The position numbers were made by a program, and so were the translations under genes. This document shows positions 23,901 through 36,998 of a stretch of DNA of 64,000 nucleotides, piece after piece; position 1 is the stretch's first letter, and every line of letters starts with the position of its first letter. Below the pieces are notes generated by a model. That model saw nothing but the letters and a program-made list of their open reading frames with translations, had not been told where the DNA came from and searched no databases. This DNA is from Takakia lepidozioides. Its lineage: Eukaryota; Plantae; Bryophyta. The stretch lies in contig CM060734.1 in the NCBI GenBank assembly GCA_030704615.1, positions 54,002,001-54,066,000 of the forward strand. The letters run 5' to 3'.

Positions 23901-25496
23901 ACATGTATGCCAAATGTGGGAGCATGGAGGATGCGGAGGGAGTGTTCAACAATATGGCTGAACGAGATGTGGTGTCGTGGAGTGCGATGATTGCAGGATA
24001 TGCACAGCAGGGGCGCGGGATGGAGGCTTTGGAGACGTATGAGCAAATGATGGGGGAAGGGGTGAAGCCCGACCACATCACGTTTGTGTCCGTTTGCAAT
24101 GCTTGTGCAAGCCTGGCAGCCCTGGAAAAGGGCAAAGAGGTGCATGGTGACATCGTCAATGCTGCAATTGTACCAAATGTCATCCTGAACACTACCCTGG
24201 TGGACATGTATGCGAAATGTGGGAGCATGGAGGATGCGAAGGGAGTGTTCAACAATATGGCTGAACGAAATGTGGTGTCGTGGAGTGCGATGATTGCAGG
24301 GTATGCACAGCAGGGGCGCGGGATGGAGGCTTTGGAGACGTATGAGCAAATGATGGGGGAAGGGGTGAGCCCGACCGCATCACGTTTGTGTGCGTTTGCA
24401 GTGCATGTGCAAGCCTGGCAGCCCTGGAAAAGGGCAAAGAGGTGCATGGTTGCATCGCGAAAGCTGGAATTGTACCAGATGTGATTCTGAACAATACCCT
24501 CGTGGACATGTATGCCAAATGTGGGTGCATCGAGGATGCAAAGGGAGTGTTTGACAATATGGCTGAACGAAATGTGGTGTCGTGGAACGCAATGATCGCA
24601 GGATATGCACAGCATGGTTTTCATAGGGAGGTTGTGCAACTATTTGAGGAATGCAAAGAACGGCTTGAAGCCGGACAGTATCACCTTTATATGTGTTCTC
24701 TCTGCATGCAGCCACGCTGGCCTACTGAATGAAGGAAGACGCTACTTTGATTCCCTGAGTCACGATCATGGTGTCACTCCGACAGTAAAGCACTTTGGCT
24801 GCATGGTGGACCTTCTTGGACGTGCGGGACAACTGGATGAGGCAGTGGACCTGATCAATAAAATGCCAATCAATCAGATGCTGTGGTGTGGAAGGCCTGC
24901 TTGGTGCCTGCAGAATCCATGGCAATGTGGAGATGGCTGAACATGCGGCAACATCTATCCTCAAGTGGGATGAACAGGATGCTGCGACTTATGTGTTGCT
25001 CTCAAACATCTATGCTGCAGCTGGCAGGTGGGATGATACTGCAAAGGTGAGAAGAATGATGAAGGTCAGAGGGGTTAGAAAGGAGCCAGGTCACTGCTGC
25101 ATTGAGTTGGCAAGAGGTGCACACCTTCGTTGTAGATGACAAGTTGCATCCCAGAATTAAGGAAATCCATGCTGAGCTGAAGCTGAGAAGGTTGTCTGGG
25201 CAGATGAAGGAGGCGGGGTATGTGCCTGACACGCGCTTGTATTGCATGATGTGGGGGAGGAGGAAAAGGAATTTTCTCTTTGCCACCACAGTGAGAAGCT
25301 GGCCATTGGTTTTGGGCTGATCAGCACGACCCCTAGGACGCCTCTGCGTCTCATCAAGAATCTTCGAGTGTGTGGTGACTGCCACACCTCCACCAAATTC
25401 ATCTCCAAGATTGTTGGCCGAGCAATTGTTGTACGGGACGCTAACCGCTTTCACCACTTTGAAGATGGGATTTGTTCCTGTGGGGATTACTGGTGA
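20957..25496 (+). pseudogene. PDF-motif/PLS-PPR-E-DYW gene copy 3 (many 1-2 bp indels: pseudogene or unpolished assembly)
   Basis: Same upstream PDF exons; main exon from ~22581; six S-type MY(A/V)KCG motifs; E motifs, KEPGHCCIE, HSEKLA, CGDCH, DYW*. Confidence 0.88.
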
Positions 25497-27229
25497 AAGG
25501 ATGTTTTGTTGGAAAGATGCGATTGTCTTGCTTCGATCATGATGGTAGCTACTCAGATCATCACCATTTCCTGAGAGTATTGACCATGATGCACTGTTGA
25601 GTGCATTTCTGTACTGTTGAGTCATAGAGGATTGGTCATAGACACCTGTTCGGTCATAGGCCAACTTACACTAGTGTTTTGGATGGAAGGCTTGTGATGA
25701 ATTGAGATTCCCCAGAGTTCTCGACCTTGATCTTATAAGGTCAATTGGGGGGCTCTACTCTTCCCACCAGGAGAACTAAACAGGGCCACTCACCCTGTCA
25801 GTCCAATGCGACCGCATCGTGCCGCTGCAGCCGAAGAGAAAACGACATGGGCGGCCACACCCGACTTTCACTTAACACATGCTTCATCCCCTAAGTGACT
25901 CCCTGTTCATTTGTGGATGATTGTGCGAGATACCATCCCGTGTAGGCCACGCGTCCAAGCACCTGCACTTTGCCATCCCTCACTGAGCTACACCATGTTC
26001 AACGGTGTTAATCTGATCAACGCTTCCCTAGATTTCACTCCAGGCAGTCCTCACTACTCTGTATTCTATCAATCACTGCCCACAGTTACGATTCACAGTT
26101 CGCCGTTGCTGTCGAGGTGCTTGCGCTCATTACACCGTTGTGGTTGATTTCAATCATGTTCTAAACGAGTCTGGCATCCACTCTCAAGGCCGTCATTTCT
26201 GAGCTATTTCTACATATTCAGTACTCTGAGATATGTCTGAACCTTGCTCACAATTTACAGCGTTCACGCTATGCAATGACTCTGCAAAGACGGGTGACAC
26301 ATCACGTGCAAATCTACTGTTTCCACTTCTCTCATTGCTTCATAACATGTGGTGTTTGTACAACCCATGATCAGATTCACGCGGTGGCTAAGTGACCAAT
26401 CCCGTTACTAATTCTCTCACACAGTCCACGGTATTTGCTGCTGTACATCTCCATGTTGCATTCTCTTGGTCTACAATCTGTTTTCGTGTAAAACAGTCTC
26501 GGCGACGCCACCTTTGTTGGTCTCTAACTACCGTTCTTTCTCATCATCCAGAGTGCTTAAGTCTCCGCTCACTCTTTTAGCGCATAAGGGCCCAGCGGGG
26601 CCCTCCAAAGTTATCAAGAGAAAGTGGACTTGTCTCAATCGGCTACCACTTCAATCTGGAGAGCCAGGGCAGCCATAAGTAAGTTCAAACTGCCTAAACT
26701 GCTTATATTGTCTGATGAGCACTTTCAACTTTTCATCGCATGTACCACATCTTCATCGACTTCTTTAAAATGTATTTAATAGTCGTCAAATATCTATTGT
26801 TTTAATTATGGGTTGTCTATAGATATAGAGTCGGTGCAGATTATATCTCGGGTCGCATACTGTTTTTGCATAGTCGGCACCGACCATTTCTCAGTGCACC
26901 CACGTTAATATTTATAGTCGGCACCGACTATTAGAATGTTGTGTCTTGTTACTTAGTCATTGAAGTGCCGGAACGTTGAATTTGATCGGTACCGATTAGG
27001 TCGGATTTGTTCGGATCATTGTCGGTGCCGACTTTGTGTGATTTCGACGTTATAGTCTGTAACGACTACCACAACTCATTTTAGAATTATGCAGCTACAA
27101 AGTCCATTAGTTTCTTCAAACATAACCTTTACAGAATGTTGTGTTTTCTCTTACATAATACCAATCTGACGTGGTTCCTCCTCAAATTTGTAATTGTAGA
27201 CTGTGATTTTCTATGCATTTTGCCTATTG

Positions 27230-27537
27230 AGGGGCATGGACGCCAATTTCAACTTGCGGAGATAGCTTCAAAGCTTGACACCAACCACAACAACGTCACT
27301 GAGGATGTGGTCAGAAACATGGTCAGGGAGGATAGACTCCACAAACGACAAGATGGCACCTTCTTCTGTGGGGCACGTGAGAGAAGCCCCAGGTTCATGC
27401 AAACCTTCATTGAGATGTGTTCACTAGAAGGGGGAACAGTAGTCGATCTGACAGCGGGATGTGGGTCCTCCATGGTGGCTGCAACAATTTGCGGAAGGTA
27501 TCTGTTTGCCTTGGAAGGGGACGACGAGCTACTGTGA
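27230..27537 (+). pseudogene. C-terminal SAM-binding half of a beta-class N4C/N6A DNA methyltransferase-like domain
   Basis: GARERSPRFMQTFIEMCSLEGGTVVDLTAGCGSSMVAATICGRYLFALEGD fits the family pattern KP..L...I...S..GD.VLDPF.GSGTT..AA...GR..IG.E. Flanked by TAGTCG palindromes (26830-27070, 28770-28930). Confidence 0.7.
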
Positions 27538-30399
27538 GAAAGGCTAGGGGGATTGCAGCGGCAGGCACCTGCGGCCACCGTTGTCGCTAACACAGTTGTC
27601 GACACTGACTGGTTGAACGACGAAAGGGATGGCATTCAGATTCACGTACAATCGTTGGAGTGAGTAAGTCCAACTTCTATGTAAGTGTCTTCATTGTTAG
27701 CTGCATGTTCTGATTGTTTCAATTTCCTCAAATCATCATTCATGCAAAATTTGATCTAATATGTTATGTCATAATTGCAGTTACGAGCCGCCCCTGCAAA
27801 TTGCAAAACGTCCCGCTGAGGCCATCATGGGGATTCCAGGGTCTTCCACGGATACCGGGAGAGACGCTGGTAGGGAGAAGAGGCTGAAAATGCTTGAACG
27901 GGTTGCAGCTCTAACTATCTCGAAGAAAGGGTACGACCTGCCTCCCTACGCGGCAGCAGAAGCGCAGGCTCAGGCTAAGCAACCATGGACAGGAATCTCT
28001 CAGCAGACACAATGGCCAGCACAGATGAGGGTTGCTGCTCAATTTTCTACGGTACGGAACTTTTTTGATAATTCTGCAGAAGAGGGATCGGAAAGCGAGG
28101 ATCCAACGACCGAGGAAGGCTCCGACGAAGAATATGTTGACGAGGTTGTTGGTGAGGAGAGGACTCATAGCCCAAAGATCAGTTTAAGACTTGGCCTCGA
28201 CTTGCTACCGGGTCCCTCCCCCGCAACAGTAGTTTCTGGGGTGTTGCAGGACATAGCGTTAGAGTATGGTGAGGACCTTGGTAGTCTGAATGATACGTTG
28301 CATTTGCTTTACCCTAAACCCTAAACACAAAGGGGTTTCTCTAATGCGCTGAATCATTTAGAAAATATCGTACAATGATATGGGTGTAATTGAATGTTGC
28401 GCAAAATTTTACTCCAATGTCGATGTTCAGTCTTCTTAATTGCATGATCTTTACATCCTCGCCATCCTCCAACCCTTCACATTCCCCTGGTTTGGAATTG
28501 CTGGAGTGCTGAGCCTAGTCTGCTGAAGTTATAAATTGTCGGTCACAAATATCCAAATGAAAAAGGTTAGTACTCTGCTGATTGATATGAAGACCGTTGC
28601 CATGACATGCGAGCCGCAATGCCCAAATATTAAACTTATGCCCATGTGTACACTCCTTCCCTCACAGACAGTCACGCTTCAACAGTGTCCATTTCAAGAA
28701 CAAGTAGTTTCAACTATGTAGTTATAGACACAACAGGTCCAGCTTGGGTCCAGCTTTCACTGGGGATGATATAGTCGGTGGCGACCATAACACCTAACAT
28801 CGCATAAACTTGCCAATTTTGAGGGTGGTGCTATAGTCGGTGGCGACTACAATAACTCACCTGCAGCCCACGGTGATAGGCATTCCACCTTCTATTTCCG
28901 TGGAGTGTTACCACTATGCATTAAGTCGGCAGTTTTGGTTCCCGACCTCCACCTTAGAGTAGGTTCGGTGTAGGTTCGGGCGAGGGTCGGGAAACTCTAC
29001 TCATGCTCATGGATTTGCAACCCCCCAATCCTATGACGCTGCCAGAATGCCAGAGTACAAGTCTGGGAACCTTGGATCATCCAGAGTCCAGCCAGCTTGT
29101 TTACGCTTCTTTTAAAGAATTAGCATATCTTGTGTATGTTGGAATTGCAGGTACTCTTATGAAAACAAAGCTAGGCAACAAGTATGCCTTGTTGTGACAT
29201 TCACCATCAATCTGGAGAGGTAGGAGTCAGCCCAATGGCAGACCCGACGTCTTCCCTCACGTCTCAGTTTCTGGAAGGAGAGCTCTTGGTGCAACATGGG
29301 TGCCCTGGAGTTATAGTTTCATGCGAAAGGGCAGAATGGAGTGATGAGTTTGACAAGATGTGTGAACATGAAATCAGGCATGAGAGGGATGTTCCGCATT
29401 ACCATGTGTTTATGGAATGGGTAACTGAAGCACTCAAAATAGGGTTGGCTGTGTTGGCAGAGTCAGCAGAGGATGACTGGGACAAAAGCTTTTGCCTGGC
29501 TCTCATGGGCCACATCCTATCCATGCAATTCGAGGCAAGACACCCATCTGTCCATGTACCAGCAGAAGGGGTGCACATATCTATGGTGAACTGCTCTCGG
29601 AAAAAAAGACTGTTTATTCTTGGGATACAAGGACTGCAATGTCCAAGACCAAACAATGGAGGCAAAGCGAGTCTGGGAGTTGAAAGATGGCTCTGGCGAG
29701 GTATGGAGCAGGAACTGTTTTGAGCTTAAAATATTGTGCCTACTGAGTGTGCCTTATGACCCTGGAGGAAAGGCTGGTTGTGGTGCAAGCTCAAGGCTGG
29801 AGCAAGGGTTTGCAGTCAAGAGATGGCTTTGGCAAATTCTGGATCAGAAGCAAGCAAGACTTGGAGATTCCACCACATGGAGGGTCTTGGAGGATGAATC
29901 ATTGCAGATGGAGGTTGGGGTGATGGCCATCATGGTGCGAGGAGGGAATGTATCTTTGTTGGTGCATTTTTGAAGGGGCCAACGATGAGCACATCGTGAG
30001 GTTGTGTCCCTTCTGTGAACAGCTAAGTCCACTCTCCCTTACAACTGCCATCTTCTCGCAATTTCAAAACTCTACATAGAATGGCCATGAGCAAGTGTGT
30101 ACTCATGGAGTTTATGATCCCAGTAGGGTAGCATGAAATGAAGGAACCTGAGGTACTACCGATCATCATACAGAGAATCATGACATCCAAAAATTCATTG
30201 GGCCTGAAAAAACCAGTATCCTTCTTTAAGGTTGTTCATTGTCCAGTCGTGAGGTCCTTGGAAGAGTAAATTCTTTCTCTGCAAGCACTGCAGCATAAAT
30301 AGGCAACCATACAAGAGGGACTTCTTCCCCTCAATCCTACATAAGAGATTAGCTCCCTTACAGTAGCCCCCCTACACACCTTGGACTGCCCTATAATGC

Positions 30400-33300
30400 A
30401 AACTTAGCAATACCCCTTCCAACGTTGGGGCTTCTTCTTCTTCTTTTTGTGCCGAGATTCAACATCTCGGCCAGAAGCACCCTGAACTTCTGACAAGTTG
30501 TTGCTGGGCTTGTCAGGAGCGGAATTTTGCGAGCGCAATGCATGACCAGATGATGTTGATGGTGAATGTGGGCTGTGTGAGTGCTTGGACACAGCCTTCA
30601 CAAGCCCGTCTGGTGTAATGGTGTCAACTGCAATTCCATCACTCATTAGGATAGGTGTAACGAAAGCACCCTGAACCTGGATTGCTAAGCCAGATTGTTC
30701 TGGTATTGTCCCACTCACTTGTCAATTTTTTTTCAGAGCGACAATCTTGCTTGAAGATCACATTTCCCCCCCCCCCATTCTCCAACATCACTTTTGAACC
30801 ATTGTATGATACGACCTTCTTGCTTAAAATTTGAACCTCACTACTACTACTACTGTCACTCTCTGATTCAGACTTCTTGGTAGGTGCAAAATCCATACCC
30901 TTGCTTTCATGCATCTTTACCTTAACTTTTGTCTCAGGACTGCACTTCTCAATTTTTACTGTTGCCAAGAGTGGAGGAGGTGCGATTGCCAGGAGTGGAG
31001 GTGTTGGCAGAGGTCCCGTCCTTGCATATCCTCCAGTCCTGGTGGTGATGTACTACCCAAGATTGGGGTGGAAGCCGACCCAATGTTCTCGACTCCTTCA
31101 GCAGAGGCTGTTGTGGCGGTGTTCAATGGGAGGCTGTACCCAGAAGTATTCGGAAGCATGCCATGACCTGCACATAGAAGAATGGTCACATCAAAATTAC
31201 GGCTGCGCTCCCTATGTTGTACAACCAATCCTAAATCCACCTACAATTGAAATACTTCTAGGATTTTGGAGGGTGACAACAATACCCTCAAGCTCAGACT
31301 CCAGCCAGGAAGGGAATGTCCGTTCATCACTGCTCTTTTGCCTCTTTCGATGGTGGCGGTGTTCTTTTCTATCACTCCTATGCTTGTGGTCCTTGTGCCT
31401 ATCTTTCGCCCCTTGAACTGCTACTGGCTCCATGTAGGTGGGGGGATTTCCCTCTGTAACCATTGTTTGCTCAGGTAATGGTGGAACCACAACCGATTTC
31501 CCATCCTTGTTCGTCAATCCCATGTTGACAGCAGCTGTGGCCGCTGGTAGGGTGATAAGTGTTGGAGCCTATGATAGGATTTCAGTGGGAGGAGGATGAA
31601 GCTCAGGTGGCATGTGGATTGCCTTAGGTGAGGCCTTCAGTCCTGACCTTGGTTGTCCATGCTCTGAGTGGCTGCTGTCTGAATCAGAGCCTGTGGCAGT
31701 GTATGAGCTCTTTTCAGATGAATGTGTGGTGACAATAGGTCCATGTACCAGCTGGGTCTCAGGTTGTATCAGATCATCCCCACCACATAGAGTGTCCTTT
31801 TCAAATGTAAGTTGAGCCTGCAACACATTGGTAAGAGGCGGAATATGAAGCTCAGATGCAACTCCGCTGGAAGCTTCTTGCTTTGCTGGTAATCCATCAC
31901 CTGCAATTAAATAACAATGCACAGGGTTTAATTATGTTATGTCATTTCTCAATTCCTTGCAACCATGCCCACTCTCCAGTTATGCCAATCTATGTCAAAG
32001 GCTGTGCCCATCCTGAACTGTAATGAAGCCTAAACACCATGCCATGTTAATGAAATGAAGGAAATGAGATCTATGAAAATGACATCATGGAATGGAAGGG
32101 AATGACATTATGACCTGAAAGGAGTGTCCTACATCAAGCATGACATTCAATGACATATTATACCATGACAAATTCTATGACACCCATGATACAATGAACC
32201 CAATCCCTTACATGACCTGAAGGAACATGAAACTACAAACAATGACACAACATGATGGAAAACAACCCTAAGCAACACTCATGACAAGAAATGAGATGCC
32301 AGACTTGTAGTACCTGAGGATCTGTAATGAGTTCATGAACTGGAAAGGAGTTAGAATTCCACACTAACGCCATGACAGCTGGAAAAGACCCTACAGTAAA
32401 GGAAATGAAGGACAATGGAAAGGGAGCAGCATGACCCAGCAGAAAGTGGGGGACCGTCCGGATGATGACGGCTGAAGGGGAGAAGCCGGCACCGTGCCGT
32501 CACATTACTACCCCCAAATGGAAATTCGGCACCCAATATCCAACAGGGGAAGCCCGGATGAAGTTGCCTCGGGCGCAGAGGCCGGCGCGTGTGCGACAGA
32601 GAACATCCCCTGGATGGAGATTCGGCGCCGAATTCCCATCCGGGCCCCCCCAAAGGAAGTCGTGTCGGGGGGTCAGGCCAAAAACTGGCCGGCATAAAAA
32701 CATCCCCAGATGGAAAAACGGCGCCGAATTTCCATCCGGGGCGGTTCGGATGCACTCGGGGAGGGGGGAGAGGCCGGCAGGCAGAAAAAAAACTGGACTA
32801 CTCTCATCGATGTCCTTGGAAACAACTGAAATTCATTAACCATACCTGGAAAGGGACCAGCATGACTTGCCAGAAATCATATGTCAAAAAAAAAAATCGA
32901 CTACTGTCATAGCTGACCTTGCATATACCTGATGTTCATTGCTAACAATCTGGAAAATGAGCAGCATGACTTGCCATAACTCATATGTAAATCTCACTTG
33001 AAGTTCAGTCATCCCTGACCTTGCAAACACCTGAAGTTCATTGCCAACATTCTGGTAAATAAATGAAAAACCCTTTGCAAGCACTAAAACACACAAGAAG
33101 GAAAATACCTTTCAGTTCCTGTCGGGCCTTCCTCATTTGCATCCACCTTCGTCGTTCTGCAGGCACTTGAACAGCAGCAGGGTTGGCCTTCACTTCAGGA
33201 TGCATGGGGCTTCCACCATTCAGGATGGAGGAGTTGCCCACATGAAACACGGGCACACTTGTTTGAGCCCTATAGATGCATTCCAAGACAATAGGGGTGA

Positions 33301-34210
33301 TATGTGCATCTGCAGGATAGGGCCACCACATCCCAGTAAGGATACCATCCTTCGCAAACAGGACATGCATTCAATGCAATGGTGGCTTGTGGCATTGTCT
33401 GGCATGGTGGATGAAGGATGGGCATGGGCACGGTCTTTACATGTGTCCCATCCTTCATCTTCTGGATTTGCTCTGCCACACCCCAACAATGCTTAGTCTC
33501 AGTTCACACAAACATCCACTGTTACAACCTGAATACAAGGAGTTGACAAACAAAAAAGTGTACAGACCATATGTCACTACCTCACTATTGCCTAGAAAAA
33601 TGATCCTATTGCAGTGAACAATATATGTACCGGGATTGTTCTTGAATCCATTCCGATCTTTTGGGCCCCACAATTTCACACAGTCGGAGTAAGTTGAGTA
33701 CTCGTCGTTATCTCCAGCAAAGTCTTTTCTAGGGTCCAACCCTACACTGCACAGCTTCATAACATCACGAAAATACCACAATGGGTATCCCTGGAGACCT
33801 ACGGTGAAGAAATCAAAATCCGAAGCTAAGACTTTTTCCATGATCTCAGGACCTACAGTGTCGTCCATGTCGTCGTTGACATCCATAAAGTCGGTTGGGT
33901 CACAACAGACGCAGTCACCACGCCTTTTGCAACTCTCACACACTAGATACTTGCAGACTGTCTTTGTCACGACTAGGCCCCAATAGCAATCTCTCCGTGT
34001 ATTGAATTGTCGAGCATTCAACCTAAGCGCATATATACGTGGCATATTTCAGCCCATCGCTCCATCAGGACCCCTACGCGCTATAGTCAACTCTGGAGTA
34101 CTTTTCCCACTTCAGATGTTTCCAGTGAAGATATCGCAGAGTGCTAATTTGAAAACCCTCACACAACAATCAACCCTGGGCCAAATGTTTGTTGGATCTA
34201 CAGAAGTAGA
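30400..34210 (-). pseudogene. Degenerate unknown multi-exon gene(s), including a Cys/His RING-like finger
   Basis: CPVCEGWYPYWDVVALSCRCTYHPYC...C...C (~33210-33370), a Cys-rich segment CESC...CVCC, and low-complexity exons; stops present. Confidence 0.3.
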
Positions 34211-35859
34211 ATGACTACACTAACATAAGAAGGACCTTTCATACTCTGAACACACTATGACTACGTAGGAAAAGAGATGATAAGCATGCACACTGTAGAC
34301 AGACTGCAGGGAGAAGTCGAAGGACGGTGGTGAAGAGAGACGAGTCCAGCAGCAAGGAGTGGAGTCACCGCCCAAAGAACATCTAATTCGGACACTCACG
34401 AGCTGCAATGAAGTGTGTATGGGACGTGGCCTGCGATCATCATCATCTTCATTACCTAGAGTCGTTAAAATTCATGTCACCTGTAACCACCGGTGGTTGT
34501 CATCCCGCGAGCGCCGCGAACGGCATTTTAAGTCTGCTCGACTCACATGGACTTAAGAAGACAAGGCTGGCATGCGCTCAAAGATTGGAGGGCTCATTAT
34601 TGTCGTCTCTCTCACCTTTGTACTCATTTGCATGGAGCTCCACTTCAGCTTCCATGGCGGTTGGAGCATGTAACGTACCAGTGTTGTGAAAAAGACTTGC
34701 GATTTGGAGCCATACTGCATGTTAGATTTCATAAAAAAAATTGGAAGGATTCATTATAACGTCCTAGGATGAAATTTGCAAAAGATCATTGGTCATTATT
34801 ATATATATGTAATTCTTTTTAAATCAAATTTAATTCAAATGAAATCAACCAGGAAAAACAATGAATATGTGCATGAGGGGAGGCTCAGGTCATGCAATTT
34901 AGTACATAATGCTTTTATATGCTTGGAGCCTTACACTTTCTCTTAAGACATTGTGTCATTTTGACGAATATTTCATGTCATTTTCGTTGGCGCTCCAAAA
35001 GGTGTCATTACATGGAACAAATTGGTTAGATTATTTTCTAGTAGAGGGTCATTGCACCCAAGGATCCTCTAAGTCCATCATGAAGTAGTACCCAGACATC
35101 TAAAGCCTAGATGGAGTCAATGTACATGACAATTAGGGGGTGTGTACTTTGTATGAGCGGTGAGCATGAGCATGAGCAGAATTAAGCATGAGCAGCCGAA
35201 TATCCAGGGAATATTCCTTTTTTGCCTAACTTCATTTTCATCAGACAATCTCATGGCAACAGACATGGTTGGACACTACAGCCTCTAAGTCAGATTTATC
35301 CAGCAGGGTGAAGACTTGCGGTTCCAGGTCCAGGTCCTTCAGAATCTCTTCTACTGTCTTCTGCCAGGACTTAGCCTGTTTGACAGGTCGGTGGGCGGTA
35401 CTGTTTCCAAGATATAGAGTCGATTAACTTAGGATATCTGGTGTTGGACATATGCTGCAGCTGACCCCACCATCTGACCTCCCCCCCCCAACCCATTTTT
35501 TTTTCATTGTTGCCCCCTCTCTCCCTCTGTCTCCCTCTCTACTGGGAATTGGCAGTTTGCTATCAGTGTTGACTTCTTGTTTTTCTCATCCTCTATTAGG
35601 CTTTTTCATCCATACCGGATGAGCCACCAGGATGGACACTGAATTACCTCTAGGATGGTTCTTTTGGCCTTTTCATTCCTCCTTTATTGACTCTCATCCA
35701 TACCGGATGAGTCACCATGGAAGAAAAGAATTACCTCTATGGAGGTTGCCAACGGCATCCTATTTTTCCATCCATACCGGATGAAAAACTACCAGGGTGA
35801 TAATTTTTCATTCCTCTTTTGACTCACAGAGGTGTTGCACATTTTGAACCTTCCAGGCA

Positions 35860-36130
35860 TTGCTGTAGAATATTTATTCCTGTTTTTTTGCAAAAGTGCA
35901 TCAGCATAAAAGGCTCAACAGAGGGAGAGCTGGTGCACTGCCATATCATCAGAAATGGGATTCAATCCACACAACTCTCTACTCAATACCCCTGTCAACA
36001 TGCATGCCAAGTGCGAGACCAAGGTGGATGTATAAAATGCCTGAACTGCATATCATATTTACTTGGAGCAGGGTATTGGTATGGTTGGAGATTTATGAGA
36101 AAATGATACAGGAAAGTGTGCTACTGTCAT
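35860..36130 (+). pseudogene. Highly degenerate PPR fragment
   Basis: FLQKCISIKGSTEGELVHCHIIRNG and (shifted) LNTPVNMHAKC resemble L1/S1 PPR motifs. Confidence 0.5.
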
Positions 36131-36220
36131 GGTCTGGCAATGAAAAATGATCCATTACTCGGTATGCACTGTAGAGAATGCAAGCCATACCATTAGCTCA
36201 GTAATCATAAAGACTGATAC

Positions 36221-36943
36221 TGTCGCGGCCCTTTGCCTTGAGGGCAGGGGGTCGGGACACATCAGGGGCTGCCCCTGTGGTGGGGGCAGCGGCAACGATA
36301 GGTATGGGGGGCTGAGGCACCCTTGAGTGCCCAAGGCACTCAGGGAAGCGGAGGCGCTCACTAGGTGGAGCCCCGCACACCGGGTTGCGGTGGGGGTGGC
36401 TCCACAAGGGGTGGTGGTAGCTTAGTGGGACTTAGTGGGGGTGGCATAGGACTCACCATGGGGGCGGAGACCTCGTGGTGGGAGTCGTGGGGAGTCTTGG
36501 GACTCATCACGGTCCATAGGGGCCGTGGTGAGCGGGCCAAGACTCACCGCGACTCACACCGGGAGTCGAGGGTTTTCGTGGTGGTTCGCCATAAAATGGC
36601 ATGGCTGGTTGTGGAACCCCCGCGGACAGCTACAGAAGTATATATAGGGAGTAGTAACCCCGAGAACGGTGCAAGCCCGTTGGTGACCAAAAACTAGTGA
36701 GTAAGCGAGGGAGCCGGAAAGCGACCAAAGAGTGGGGAGCTGTTCCGGACTGCCATCTACCAAAGGGAATTCTCCTAGTCCCAAATAGGTGGAGGGTTTA
36801 GAGGGAAGCGGAAGGGGACCGTTATGTCCCGGTGAGCAGCCGAAACTCCAAGTTGGCCGGCGGCCAGGTTGGGAGTCAGGCGCGCGCATCAAAGCGAGTA
36901 ACTATGACTTGAAGGGGAGTTTACCGAAGTGAGGTGTGCGACA
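36221..36943 (+). repeat. 5' LTR of chromovirus
   Basis: Near-identical to 42466-43211; TG...CA ends; TATATA at ~36640. Confidence 0.95.
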
Positions 36944-36945
36944 TT

Positions 36946-36957
36946 TGGTATCAGAGC
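36946..36957 (+). promoter_or_regulatory. Primer-binding site for tRNA-iMet
   Basis: TGGTATCAGAGC, 2 nt after the LTR. Confidence 0.95.
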
Positions 36958-36998
36958 TTAGAGTTCAGTACGCGATCGTCCTTGGGATTGGCCTCATC

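Noticed and set aside
29000-30300. Several 60-180-aa ORFs on both strands
   Set aside because: No motif support; probably decayed TE or gene sequence.
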